From positions 1 to 56,846 of the IMG/VR virus record IMGVR_UViG_3300010397_000012: a stretch of 56,846 nucleotides of DNA, one strand, 5' to 3'. A model generated the notes under the pieces. It saw nothing but the letters and a program-made list of their open reading frames with translations, ran no database searches and was not told the origin of the DNA. This DNA is from a virus (Duplodnaviria; Caudoviricetes). Made by a program: the position numbers and the translations under genes. Shown one piece after another: positions 12,394-21,576 of this stretch (the stretch's first letter is position 1; every line of letters begins with the position of its first letter).

Positions 12394-13236
12394 ATGGGAA
12401 GAGCCCCAGCGTTCCAGTTCTACGCGGCGGATTTTTTAGTGGGTACGAGTGAGATGTCAGTCGGGGAAGTCGGCTTATACGTGCGGATGTTGGCGTTGTC
12501 GTGGGACAAGGGCGCCCTGCCCTCAGAGCACGACCGCCTGGCCCGGATGGTGGGCGTGTCGCTGAGGGAGTTCCGGGCGCTCTGGTGTGCGGTGGCCGAG
12601 AAGTGGACTGTCACCGAGGCCGGATACGTCAACGGACGCCTCGAAGATCAACGCGACCAGCGGCAAGCGTTCGCCCAAGTGAGGGCTGCGGCTGGACGAA
12701 AAAGCGGCGAGTCACGACGAACGAAACGTGAACACAACGCGAACATAAGCGGAACACAAGACGAACAAACACCCCAACGAAAACGAACTCTTCAGTCTTC
12801 AGTCTTCGATCTTCAGACTTCAGATCAAGAGCACACACACCCCGCGCGAGTGGCGACGAACCCTCACTCGACGTCGACAAACCTCGTCAACGGCTCACAG
12901 CAGCGCCTTCACGGTTCGCACGCCTGGTGCTCATGGCCGGTTCGAGACGGGCTGTGTGTGCCGATGTTTCTGCACCGCGAGTTCGTGGGCAAAGGCGGCA
13001 AGACGGACGCCGAAATGATGGCGTGGTACGTGGGCACGCTTGAGCGGTTCGATGGTGTCGCCGTTGGGGAGGACGCGCTGACGTTCTGGCGCCGGGAGTT
13101 CTCGGCCTGGATTGGGATCGCGTCCACGGCGGCGGTGGCTGAACGTCCTGGGCGTGCCGAGCGGGTGATGAGCGCGGCCGAGCGGGTGATTGCGAAGCAG
13201 ATCGAACACCACAAGGCGGTGACAGATGGCCGATAG
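12394..13236 (+). CDS. YdaU/DUF1376-family replication initiator
   Basis: PAFQFYAADFL..T..MS..EVGLYVRML..SW and YVNGRL motifs; internal iteron-like repeats. Confidence 0.8.
   Translation: MGRAPAFQFYAADFLVGTSEMSVGEVGLYVRMLALSWDKGALPSEHDRLARMVGVSLREFRALWCAVAEKWTVTEAGYVNGRLEDQRDQRQAFAQVRAAAGRKSGESRRTKREHNANISGTQDEQTPQRKRTLQSSVFDLQTSDQEHTHPARVATNPHSTSTNLVNGSQQRLHGSHAWCSWPVRDGLCVPMFLHREFVGKGGKTDAEMMAWYVGTLERFDGVAVGEDALTFWRREFSAWIGIASTAAVAERPGRAERVMSAAERVIAKQIEHHKAVTDGR
12719..12823. repeat. Putative replication origin: 11-bp-period GAAC(A) iterons plus five ~TCTTCAG heptamers
   Basis: GAAC at 12719, 12730, 12741, 12752, 12763 and 12785; heptamer run 12789-12823; locally A-rich, inside the initiator gene. 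Confidence 0.65.
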
Positions 13237-13642
13237 CGGAACGGGCAAGCCCCTCGTCACGGCGGCACTGGCGAAACTCTCGATCCTCCGGCAAGCGTCC
13301 GACGTGAGCGACCTCACGCTCGACCTCTACGCGGCCGAACTCGAAGCGGCCGGCATCACGCCCGACGTCGTGGTGATCGCCTGCCAGGGGCTTCAGTCGC
13401 AACCGCGGGCGGAAGGCGAGACGGCATTCCCGAGCCTCGGGACGCTGCTCGAGCGGTGCTACGCGATTCGCCGCGAGTGGCAGAAGCAAGCCGAGGCCGT
13501 CGCCAGCCAGCGGCTCCTCGAGGCCGAGCGCAGCGGCCAGCGGAACATGACGAAGGCCGAGGCGGCGGCGTTCATCGCGCAACTGAAGGCCGACGTCGAT
13601 CGCCGGGTGCGTGAACTCCGAGACGAGAAGGCGCCGCGATGA
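13226..13642 (+). CDS. Hypothetical, possible helicase loader/inhibitor-like protein
   Basis: Follows the initiator; helical, with FPSLGTL motif. Confidence 0.5.
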   Translation: MADSGTGKPLVTAALAKLSILRQASDVSDLTLDLYAAELEAAGITPDVVVIACQGLQSQPRAEGETAFPSLGTLLERCYAIRREWQKQAEAVASQRLLEAERSGQRNMTKAEAAAFIAQLKADVDRRVRELRDEKAPR

Positions 13643-13998
13643 AGGCGTGGGAGCCTGATCAGCGGCACAACTGCCGGCAGTGCCTCGACGATCCGCACGG
13701 CTGGATTGTCCTCGAGTGCCCGAACGAAACCTGCGGCCGGTCGAACGGCGGCGACGTGCTCCACCGCCCGCACAACTTCGCCGTCCGCTGCCCGCACTGG
13801 CTGAAGGAACACGCCACGGCGCTGAGCGAGTCGGCGCGCAAGTCTGTAGAGAAGGGCAAGACGCCCTCGCAGGCGGCGTACGACTCGATTGACGCGGTGA
13901 ACGGGACGTACCGCTGGCAGCACGCGAAGACGGAGCGGGCGCGGTGGGCTGAGAACTGGGAGCGGACGCGCGTGGATCACTTCGACGGGGCCGCATGA
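13639..13998 (+). CDS. Cys-rich hypothetical protein
   Basis: CRQC, CPNETC and RCPH; ATGA coupling. Confidence 0.55.
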   Translation: MKAWEPDQRHNCRQCLDDPHGWIVLECPNETCGRSNGGDVLHRPHNFAVRCPHWLKEHATALSESARKSVEKGKTPSQAAYDSIDAVNGTYRWQHAKTERARWAENWERTRVDHFDGAA

Positions 13999-14213
13999 GG
14001 GCGCCCTATGGCTCTGCCGCCACGACGGACACGCGCGTCCTCACGGCCTTGTCCCGTGGCCCGTTGACGCAGCAGCAGATCGATCAGCAGCTCGGCTTTG
14101 CGAAGTACGGCGCGAAGGCGTCGCTCGCGAGGCTCCTCGCGGCGGGCTTGGTGGTCAAGGAGCCGTCGGAGGAGCTGGCGTCAAGGAAGCAGTACCGGAA
14201 GGTGCGCGCGTGA
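13995..14213 (+). CDS. Small winged-HTH protein
   Basis: GPLTQQQI...LARLLAAGLV pattern. Confidence 0.55.
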   Translation: MRAPYGSAATTDTRVLTALSRGPLTQQQIDQQLGFAKYGAKASLARLLAAGLVVKEPSEELASRKQYRKVRA

Positions 14214-14464
14214 GATACGCCGCCCGCGTGGACGGCACGCACCGGGAAGTGATCGACGCCTTGCGCGCGTGCGGCTGGCTGGTGGCCGATACGAGCCGCC
14301 TAGCGGGCTTTGTGGACTGCGTGGCGCAACGGCGCGGGGTGACGCGGCTGATTGAGATCAAGCGCCCCAAGGGCAAGCTGACGTGGTTACAGGCCCAGAT
14401 GATCGCGGCGGGCTTTGACGTGCGGGTGTTGCGTTCGGCGGAGGAGGCGGTGAGGTTGCAATGA
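14210..14464 (+). CDS. VRR-NUC-like PD-(D/E)XK nuclease
   Basis: RVD..H.EVI.ALR..G, GFVD and IEIK..KGKLT..Q motifs. Confidence 0.7.
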   Translation: MRYAARVDGTHREVIDALRACGWLVADTSRLAGFVDCVAQRRGVTRLIEIKRPKGKLTWLQAQMIAAGFDVRVLRSAEEAVRLQ

Positions 14465-14715
14465 CTGAGACACAAACGCTGGACGCGATCCGCGCCATTC
14501 TCGCCAGCCTGCTCGACGATCGCCTTGCCACCGGAGCGAGCTACGCCTTCGAAGAACTGTACAGGGCCGTCCAGCGCGTCTACGCCAACGTGACCGGCGA
14601 GGCGGTGCGCGGGTATCTCGAGCAGCTCCGCGGGCAGGGTAGGGCTGTCCGGATTCCCGCGGGCGATTCTTTCCGCTATCAGCGCCGTGTGGCGCCACGG
14701 GCGAAGACGGCGTGA
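14461..14715 (+). CDS. Hypothetical protein
   Basis: Coupled small ORF. Confidence 0.5.
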   Translation: MTETQTLDAIRAILASLLDDRLATGASYAFEELYRAVQRVYANVTGEAVRGYLEQLRGQGRAVRIPAGDSFRYQRRVAPRAKTA

Positions 14716-14915
14716 TCACCATGCGCCTGGACGTCACCGCGCGCGAGCAAGCCGTCATTGAAGAGATGCGGGCTTCTGGTCGCTACGCGACCGAGGCCGA
14801 CGCGGTACGCACAGCCATCTGGGCCCATGCGACGCATCTCGGCATCGACGTGCCGGTCGAGGCCTTCGCCGTGGGTGGGCGCCAGCCGTCGCTGTTTGAG
14901 GAGGCGCATTCTTGA
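14712..14915 (+). CDS. RHH-like small regulator
   Basis: SGRYATEADAVRTAI resembles ParD/CopG-type RHH proteins. Confidence 0.55.
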   Translation: MITMRLDVTAREQAVIEEMRASGRYATEADAVRTAIWAHATHLGIDVPVEAFAVGGRQPSLFEEAHS

Positions 14916-15550
14916 CTCGGCCGCAGAGGATTTTCGACATGTTGACGCGCGCCACGCACCCGTTGACGGCGTCCCAGATCGCACATGCACTCCGCGACGA
15001 GACGAACTCCGTGTCTGCCGATCTCTCGCGGATGGTCCGGTGCGTGGACATCGTCGGGCTGTTACCGCGGCACAGGGGGAAGCCTGAGCGGCTGTTCCGG
15101 CTGAAGCCTGGAGCATTCCGGCCGGCGACTCCCATCGGCCATAGGCCCGCGTTCCCACGGCGCGCGGTGGAAGAAGGCGTGACCTGGCCCATGCGGATCT
15201 TCGACGTGCTCACCGCCTCACCGGAGGCGATGACGGCGGGTGAGATTGCGGAACTCCTCGGCGTGCCAACGAAGATGGTCGCCTCGGATCTGAGCCGGAT
15301 GCGCGTGCTGTACGTGGACGTCGTCGCGCAGATCAAGAGCGCCGGATCGAAGCCGTGCAACTGCTACCGGCTGAGACCTGGAGTCCCACGGCCAGGGACG
15401 CCGCGGCAGTTGTGGGTCACGCCGCCGCAGCCGGTTGAACCGCCCACGCCCACGCCGGTCAATCTCGATCGCTATCGGCCCGTGGTGATGGTGGAAGGGC
15501 GTCCGATGCAGGTCATGTGGCCGCTCCGCTTCGATGAGGTGGCGTCGTGA
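14912..15550 (+). CDS. Tandem winged-HTH protein
   Basis: Two internal repeats RIFD(M/V)LT...(L/M)TA..IA..L......V..DLSRM...(F/Y)RL.PG. Confidence 0.7.
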   Translation: MTRPQRIFDMLTRATHPLTASQIAHALRDETNSVSADLSRMVRCVDIVGLLPRHRGKPERLFRLKPGAFRPATPIGHRPAFPRRAVEEGVTWPMRIFDVLTASPEAMTAGEIAELLGVPTKMVASDLSRMRVLYVDVVAQIKSAGSKPCNCYRLRPGVPRPGTPRQLWVTPPQPVEPPTPTPVNLDRYRPVVMVEGRPMQVMWPLRFDEVAS

Positions 15551-15578
15551 CGTGGGTGGCGCGGACAGGGGAGGGGCA

Positions 15579-16352
15579 GTGACCGCTAGGCAGCTTGAAA
15601 CCCTCTTGGAACGACGGCACGCCAGTGACGTGTTTGTGCCCCAGTGCAAGATGGGCTCGTCCGGTAGTCGCATCCTGGACGGTTGGGCGTTGCTCCCGAC
15701 GTGGAGCCCATTGACGGCCATCGGCTACGAAATCAAGGTTTCGCGCTCAGACTGGCTGCAAGACCAGAAGTTTGAGGAGTATCGCGGGTGCTGCCATTTG
15801 TTTCTCGTCGTGGCGCCGCCCAAGGTGGTCGCCGCGTCCGAGATGCCAGCCGGCGTCGGGCTACTGGAGCCAGTAGGGCAGGGTGACGGCCAACGTCTGG
15901 TTATGCGTGTGAAGCCCGTCAGGCAGGAGGCCGACTTCGCGAAGCTGTCGCGTCTGATGGCCCACGCGCTCATGTGGAAGAAGGGCATCGGCGGGAGTTC
16001 TCAGGCACGGCGCGAGCGGCAGATCGCCTACTGGCAGTCGCTGGTGGATCAGCGGGAACGCGGCCACACCCTCGGGCGCGAAGTCAAAGGCCGCATTCGC
16101 GACACGATCCGCGAACTACTCAGCGCCGCGCAAACGGCCGAGTCGCGGGCGAACACGCTGCAATGGGCGGCGGAAGTCTTCGATAGCCTCGGGATCCGTC
16201 CCGGCTATGACCGTTGGAGCACCGAGCGGAACATCACGCAAGCCCTCGGTAGCCAGCGCGAGAACCTGTTACGCGACATTGACCAGGGCGTGGCCGCGCT
16301 GCGTCGTCTGCGGGACATCGTTGGCGCTGAGGAGCGGGCGAAAACCGCATGA
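15579..16352 (+). CDS. MmcB-like PD-(D/E)XK nuclease
   Basis: ILDGW...GYEIKVSRSDWLQD.K and EMPAGVGLL motifs. Confidence 0.75.
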   Translation: MTARQLETLLERRHASDVFVPQCKMGSSGSRILDGWALLPTWSPLTAIGYEIKVSRSDWLQDQKFEEYRGCCHLFLVVAPPKVVAASEMPAGVGLLEPVGQGDGQRLVMRVKPVRQEADFAKLSRLMAHALMWKKGIGGSSQARRERQIAYWQSLVDQRERGHTLGREVKGRIRDTIRELLSAAQTAESRANTLQWAAEVFDSLGIRPGYDRWSTERNITQALGSQRENLLRDIDQGVAALRRLRDIVGAEERAKTA

Positions 16353-16561
16353 TCCAGCCCGCCCTCTTCGACGTGTCGGCCGTGCCCACCATCGCCAGCC
16401 CGCTGTGCAGCTATGAAGCATGTAAGCGGAAGGGACGGGCCATGCTGGGGCCGGTGGTGCGCGTGTCCGAGGACTGCGAGAACAGGTCCATCGAATGCCT
16501 CACGTGTGGCTGCACGGGCGTCCAGAGCGACAACCTGAAGCTGAAACGAGGGCGCCAGTAG
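16349..16561 (+). CDS. Small Cys-containing protein
   Basis: CSYEAC...CLTC; ATGA coupling. Confidence 0.5.
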   Translation: MIQPALFDVSAVPTIASPLCSYEACKRKGRAMLGPVVRVSEDCENRSIECLTCGCTGVQSDNLKLKRGRQ

Positions 16562-16592
16562 ATGCCCAGCTACGCCGCCAAGGTGGACCGAC

Positions 16593-16799
16593 ATGGCTAG
16601 ACCGCCCTTGAACCGACTCCCAGCGATCACGATGCGTGGCCGTCGTCAGACGTTCCAATTATCCGTGGCGATGAGCGAGCAAGAGGCCGAGCGGTTAGAG
16701 GTTATACGGGTGCGCGAGGGCGCGAGAAGTTGGGGTGAGGTGATCCGTTTATTGATACAGCGCCGGTTCCGTGAAGGAGTCAAAGGCGTGGACGCATGA
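16593..16799 (+). CDS. RHH-like DNA-binding protein
   Basis: LSVAMS..EAERL......EG.RSWGEVIRLLI pattern. Confidence 0.55.
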   Translation: MARPPLNRLPAITMRGRRQTFQLSVAMSEQEAERLEVIRVREGARSWGEVIRLLIQRRFREGVKGVDA

Positions 16800-17137
16800 G
16801 CGCCTGGAGAGTGAACACGGCCAACAAGTTCAACGCCCGCGCCCGCTGTGTGGCCGGCGTGAACGTCGGCTCAGCCAAGGAAGGGCGGCGGGTGATCGAG
16901 CTTCTGGCGCTCCAGCAGGCCGGGGAGATCCAAGACTTGGAGTTTCACCCCCGGTTCGATCTCGTGGTCAACGGCATGGCGGTCGGCAGAATGACACCAG
17001 ATGCGTCCTACGTGACGAAGGACGGCGAAGTGATAGTCGAGGACACCAAGAGCCCGCCGACGCGCACAGAGGCGTATCGGCTGCGACGGAAGGTGTTTGA
17101 GGCGTGCCACTACCCGCTGACGATTACGGAAGTTTAG
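16796..17137 (+). CDS. DUF1064-like endonuclease
   Basis: NKFNA, SAKEGRR..EL..LQQAGEI.DLE.HPRF and IVEDTK...T..YRL motifs. Confidence 0.8.
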   Translation: MSAWRVNTANKFNARARCVAGVNVGSAKEGRRVIELLALQQAGEIQDLEFHPRFDLVVNGMAVGRMTPDASYVTKDGEVIVEDTKSPPTRTEAYRLRRKVFEACHYPLTITEV

Positions 17138-17156
17138 CGTGCGGAGTGTCGCGGAC

Positions 17157-17253
17157 GCGGCGCGGTTGCAGTGAACTGGCTACGGGGCTTTCACCCGCAT
17201 GCCCGGCTGAGCCGCTGAAAAACAGGCTACCACGGCGGCGCGGTTGCAGTGAA
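17157..17253. repeat. 19-bp direct repeat GCGGCGCGGTTGCAGTGAA, two copies
   Basis: Exact copies at 17157-17175 and 17235-17253 in an intergenic region. Confidence 0.85.
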
Positions 17254-17271
17254 TGAGGGAGAAATTACCTG

Positions 17272-17300
17272 TTGACATGAATACATGTATTCTGTAGAAT
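17272..17300 (+). promoter_or_regulatory. Near-consensus sigma70 promoter (leaderless) with palindromic operator
   Basis: TTGACA-17 bp-TAGAAT; perfect palindrome GAATACATGTATTC at 17279-17292; ATG 17308 lies 7 nt after the -10. Confidence 0.85.
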
Positions 17301-17307
17301 CTGAGGC

Positions 17308-17631
17308 ATGGCAAACGAAGTGGTGGCGACTCGCCTAACAGCAAACGGAATCGCGGCGGATCTATGGAGCGACGGGATTGTGTCCATCTGGCGAGTTGGG
17401 TCCAGGTCGGTCGGTATGGCGGCTGGGTTTGCGCTGCTTGATGAGGTGTGCCTGTATGACTCTTCCGAGTTCATTCGTGCGGCTGAAGTCATGCGTCGAG
17501 CGTGGCGTCAGAGTCGCGTTGAACCGTTGGTGTATTTCCGGCAAGTCATGAGCGGGAAGCGATTGGTCTGCCATATGAACGGCATGGGGTCAGTTGGCGC
17601 GGTCTCATTCAGGCGGGCGACCCATGCCTAA
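17308..17631 (+). CDS. Hypothetical protein (first gene of a two-gene cassette)
   Basis: 107 aa, starts at the predicted transcription start; lower GC than flanks. Confidence 0.6.
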   Translation: MANEVVATRLTANGIAADLWSDGIVSIWRVGSRSVGMAAGFALLDEVCLYDSSEFIRAAEVMRRAWRQSRVEPLVYFRQVMSGKRLVCHMNGMGSVGAVSFRRATHA

Positions 17632-17803
17632 GAGGCGTGGCTATTCCGACGAGTTTCCGACCACCAGAGAGAAGCGCGTCTATTTCATGCTCGACAAGAT
17701 TCCGCCCACCCTCTGGATTCGTGTCAAGGCCAAGGCGAAGCGCGAAGGTGTGAGTCTGCGGGCGCTCATTCTCGGGTGGTGTAAGGACTGGGTCGAGCGG
17801 TGA
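17624..17803 (+). CDS. Arc/RHH-like repressor
   Basis: YFMLDKIPPTLWIRVKAKAKREGVSLRALIL. Confidence 0.7.
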   Translation: MPKRRGYSDEFPTTREKRVYFMLDKIPPTLWIRVKAKAKREGVSLRALILGWCKDWVER

Positions 17804-18028
17804 AGTGATTAGTAAGGCAAGTTCTGTGGACGCGGCGGCGTGGGTAGAAGGTCAGGCCAACGATACGACGTTTCAGCCCTATACCGAGCATGGGTTGCGT
17901 GCAGTTCGTATTGCCCACGGGGCCGAGATACATCCGAGAAAGCGCCATGCCGTTGCGCTTATCCAACAGCGGCCCGCGTTCACAGATTCACAGATCGGTC
18001 CACGGGGGGCCGTGAGGGGGAGCGAGAG

Positions 18029-18469
18029 ATGGACACAACACAAGCGAAGTTTGACGGCTGGGCCATCGTGGACGTGCTGGGGCATCAGCGGTATGTCGGC
18101 TACGTGACCACCGAGGCGTATGGCGCGGCTGTGCTCTTTCGGATCGACGTTCCGGCGCTGGACGAACGCGAGCGCGAGACGAGGCGGCCCGGCTACGGTC
18201 CCGATGGCGTGTGGCTCCCGGCTGGCACGCTCGTGAAAGAGGGCGCCGTGCCCGGATACACGAAGCTCATCGGCGCGGGTTCGATCTACGCGATCACGCC
18301 CTGCACGAAGGACGCGGCGCTGGCTGCGGTGGAGGAGTCGCAACGTCGGCCGTTTATGAGCGTCACGCTGCCGCCCAACGCGGCGCTGCCGCCTCACGAG
18401 GGCGCGGACGACGATTCGGACGATGACGGGCTGGACGCGGACGCGGGCGATCCGTCCATGCCGTTCTGA
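18029..18469 (+). CDS. Phage hypothetical protein
   Basis: WAIVDVLGHQRYVGYV...G.GSIYAITPC; acidic tail ending PF. Confidence 0.6.
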   Translation: MDTTQAKFDGWAIVDVLGHQRYVGYVTTEAYGAAVLFRIDVPALDERERETRRPGYGPDGVWLPAGTLVKEGAVPGYTKLIGAGSIYAITPCTKDAALAAVEESQRRPFMSVTLPPNAALPPHEGADDDSDDDGLDADAGDPSMPF

Positions 18470-18586
18470 GCGGGTGCTGTCGTGATGCCCGTCGCCCCCC
18501 GCGCGGTCGCCCTGGATCAGGGGGATCCGCTGGGACTGAGGAAGCAACCGAGGCAAAGGAACGTAACCCCGAATAGGAGTGACCGA

Positions 18587-18928
18587 ATGACACCGACCAT
18601 TGGCCGTATCGTGCTCTACACCCTGTCAGCCCAAGATGCCGAACAGATTAATCGCCGCCGCACGACTGGGACGGCCATCGCCGAGCGGATGTCCTACGAC
18701 TCCGGCGACCCGATGATGAAGGCGTGGCCCGCTGGCGCCCAAGCGCACATCGGCAATGAAGCACGCGAAGGCCAGACTGTCCCGGCAACCGTCGTGGCCG
18801 TCTGGAGCGATACCTGCGTCAATCTCCACTGCCTGCTTGACGGCACCGATGCGTATTGGGCGACCTCGCGCAACCTCGGCAACGAGATGAACGTCAACGG
18901 CTTCTGGCTGTGGCCGACACGCGCATGA
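18587..18928 (+). CDS. Phage hypothetical protein
   Basis: MTPTIGRIVLY...PATVVAVW...VNL...DG; AGGAG SD. Confidence 0.65.
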   Translation: MTPTIGRIVLYTLSAQDAEQINRRRTTGTAIAERMSYDSGDPMMKAWPAGAQAHIGNEAREGQTVPATVVAVWSDTCVNLHCLLDGTDAYWATSRNLGNEMNVNGFWLWPTRA

Positions 18929-19134
18929 GCCCGACCGACGACGACAAGGATTGGATGGTGCCCATGTTCACCGCGATGGCGGCGATTCAGGCGCATGTGG
19001 GCAAGCAGCGCGGCATCCGAGGCGAGATCGAGTGTCCCATCTGCAAGGGGCAACTGCGGTTCAGCGTGGCGAACGTCAACGGGCATATCCACGCCGCCTG
19101 CAGCACGAAGGATTGCGTGAGGTTCATGCAGTGA
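18925..19134 (+). CDS. Small zinc-binding protein
   Basis: CPIC...NGHIHAACSTKDC. Confidence 0.6.
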   Translation: MSPTDDDKDWMVPMFTAMAAIQAHVGKQRGIRGEIECPICKGQLRFSVANVNGHIHAACSTKDCVRFMQ

Positions 19135-19493
19135 CGAAGCCCAACCCCCTCCACGTCGAGAAGATCGAGCACGCGCAGCCGCACGCGGCCAACTGCCAAG
19201 ACGCCGCGAATATCTTGGACGAGTGGGCGCTGGTGCAACTGACGCCGGGGCGTAAATTCAAAGGCCAACGCGCCGCAAACGAGGTGCGCGCCGCCGCCGA
19301 CTATATCGGCAGACGCGAGCAGCAATGGGAGGCGCTCAAAAAATGGGTAGAAGAGGAACGCGCTGACCTAATCCAACGGCGGGCTTATGGGTCAACAGCC
19401 GCGTCTCTGCGTCAAATGCAGGCAGACCGCACGCGGGCCGAGATGGATCGCCTAGACGCCGCCCTCCGCGCCACCGGGGAGCGCGAGCGATGA
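19131..19493 (+). CDS. Hypothetical protein, paralog of 21577-21918
   Basis: Shares KPNPLHV..EHAQPHA, RAAADYI..REQQW and EMDRLDAALRATG blocks. Confidence 0.6.
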   Translation: MTKPNPLHVEKIEHAQPHAANCQDAANILDEWALVQLTPGRKFKGQRAANEVRAAADYIGRREQQWEALKKWVEEERADLIQRRAYGSTAASLRQMQADRTRAEMDRLDAALRATGERER

Positions 19494-19689
19494 CCGACCG
19501 ACTGCAATGGACACTCGACAACATCTACACGATAGCGAGACGCGAGGCCGGGAAAGATGACCCGCGTGGACGATGGGGCCATGTGGTCCGGCTGTGTGAA
19601 GAAGCTGGTTGCCAACCGCGTGGCGTGCTAAAGGACAACGGCGGTTCGATGCCACCAGTGCCGAGCGGGGAGCGCGAGCGAGGGAGCCG

Positions 19690-20331
19690 ATGATGCCGAA
19701 GTTTGTGACGTTCACCGGGCTCGACGCCCGAACCGATTTCATCCGAGCGCGGCAGATTGCCGACCGGTGGCCGGTGGAGTTCGCCGTGCTCTATAGCCGG
19801 TCACGGCAAGGCAGGGAGCCACGCTACCCGGCTGACTCCTCACCGATCCTGTGGTCTGGGCTGCGATTGTCGGCCCACATGTGCGGCGAGTGGTCGCGGC
19901 AGATCCTGAGCGGGGTTCGCTCTGTCAATGGCGGCGCCGGAGACCTCGGATATTTCACGCGGATCCAGGTCAACACGGCGCACCCAGACGCGGGCACGAT
20001 CCGGGCTTATGCCAAAGGTTGGGGCCTTCGCGGCATCGCGCAGACGAGGGACGCATTTCCGAGCGACACGCAGATTGACTGGCTGTTCGACAAGTCTGGT
20101 GGTCAAGGCGTGACGCCTGACACCTGGCCCGCGCATCCTGGCAATGGTCGTCTCGTCGGCTACGCCGGAGGCATCGGGCCGGAGAACGTGCTTGAGGTGG
20201 TCCGCGCCATCAACACCGCCGAGCCATACTGGCTCGACATGGAATCGGGCGTCCGCACCGACGACTGGCTGGACCTCGACAAGTGCCAAGCCGTGTGTGA
20301 AGCCGTATTCGGTCAGGAGTCCACGCGATGA
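19690..20331 (+). CDS. Phosphoribosylanthranilate-isomerase (TrpF)-like TIM-barrel protein
   Basis: LFDKSGGQG, GYAGGIGPENV and WLDMESGVR motifs. Confidence 0.7.
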   Translation: MMPKFVTFTGLDARTDFIRARQIADRWPVEFAVLYSRSRQGREPRYPADSSPILWSGLRLSAHMCGEWSRQILSGVRSVNGGAGDLGYFTRIQVNTAHPDAGTIRAYAKGWGLRGIAQTRDAFPSDTQIDWLFDKSGGQGVTPDTWPAHPGNGRLVGYAGGIGPENVLEVVRAINTAEPYWLDMESGVRTDDWLDLDKCQAVCEAVFGQESTR

Positions 20332-20386
20332 CCCCTCCTGATCCCGCCACCCTGAAGGCGGGGGTGCTCAACACCAAAGGGAAGCC

Positions 20387-20929
20387 ATGACCGACCAGAC
20401 CGATCACCCGGCCCAGGTGCGAGCGATTGCCGACTCTGGGGAACTTTACGAAGCATGGGCCGAGCAACTCCGTGCCGCCGCCACGAGAATCGAACAACTG
20501 GAGCAGGAACGCGAGAAGTGGCGTCGAGAACGCCATGCGCTAGAGTCTGACATCTTCGGCCTACTACATCCCGCGCTGGACTTCCCAGACGACGTGACGG
20601 TCGTGGAGATGGCTCGCCGCATCGTGCTCGACTTGCGGGAAGCCGAGAGACGCGAATCCGCCAACATGCGGAGCGCCATAGTGAACTACGACCTAGCCGA
20701 ATCTCGTCTAGCTCGGCTCGCCGCGTTGGAGCAGGTGCATCAACAACTCATCCTCAAATGGGGAGAGGATGCGCGGGAATACAACCATACAGCATCTCGT
20801 CCAGGCTTCGAGGACGCCACGCGCTACTTCGGTATCGCGGCAGGACTAGCTATGTGCGCCCACGCGCTGAACTTGGCGCTCCCGGCGCCCCCGGCCGCGC
20901 CCGCCCCACCCGAGACAGAGGAGAGGTAG
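20387..20929 (+). CDS. Coiled-coil hypothetical protein
   Basis: 180 aa; LRAAATRIEQLEQE segment. Confidence 0.55.
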   Translation: MTDQTDHPAQVRAIADSGELYEAWAEQLRAAATRIEQLEQEREKWRRERHALESDIFGLLHPALDFPDDVTVVEMARRIVLDLREAERRESANMRSAIVNYDLAESRLARLAALEQVHQQLILKWGEDAREYNHTASRPGFEDATRYFGIAAGLAMCAHALNLALPAPPAAPAPPETEER

Positions 20930-21124
20930 ATGGCCGCGATCCGCGAGTGGGTAATCAAACGGTATGCGTCGGAACTTCGGCAACACGTCACGGCAGGAAG
21001 GCTTTGCCAAGCAGCGGTTGACTACGCCGCGCTGCCCACGCCTCAGAACGAACTTCGGCTCATGGTGACAGCGGCCCGCTTTGGGAACGTCGTGCGCTCA
21101 ATCGACAAAGGACCGCAGCCATGA
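20930..21124 (+). CDS. Hypothetical protein
   Basis: 64 aa ORF directly after the previous stop, GAGG upstream. Confidence 0.45.
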   Translation: MAAIREWVIKRYASELRQHVTAGRLCQAAVDYAALPTPQNELRLMVTAARFGNVVRSIDKGPQP

Positions 21125-21576
21125 CGGACACACCCCCCGCCCCGCCGACTGACCCCCAGGCCGAGCGCGCTTGAAGCAAGCCGCGAAGCGCGAGCGCGAT
21201 TGGCAGGCGCTGAAGGGCTGGCTGGAATATCGAGCTGTCTATTCGGTCCTATGTGGCCGTGCGCTGGCCGAGATGTCCCGGCTGGACGCCGCCAAGGAGA
21301 CAGGCGAGTGAGTTTCACTGACGGGAAGCCGCGCATTGCCACGGAAGCCGACTGCACGGCGAGATGGGGCGGCGCGAAGGACGGCAAAAGGTTTCGATGC
21401 GCCTTGTGCGGGCATCGATTCGTTGTCGGCGATACCTGGCGATGGGTCTACTGCAACGACGGGAGTTGTCCCGGCGGCAATTTCATGGTCTGCATCGTGT
21501 GCGACGGGCCGAACGTAAAGGACAAGATGCGCGACTGGCACGAGCGGTTCGCGTGGAGATTCGCGGAGGATCGTTA

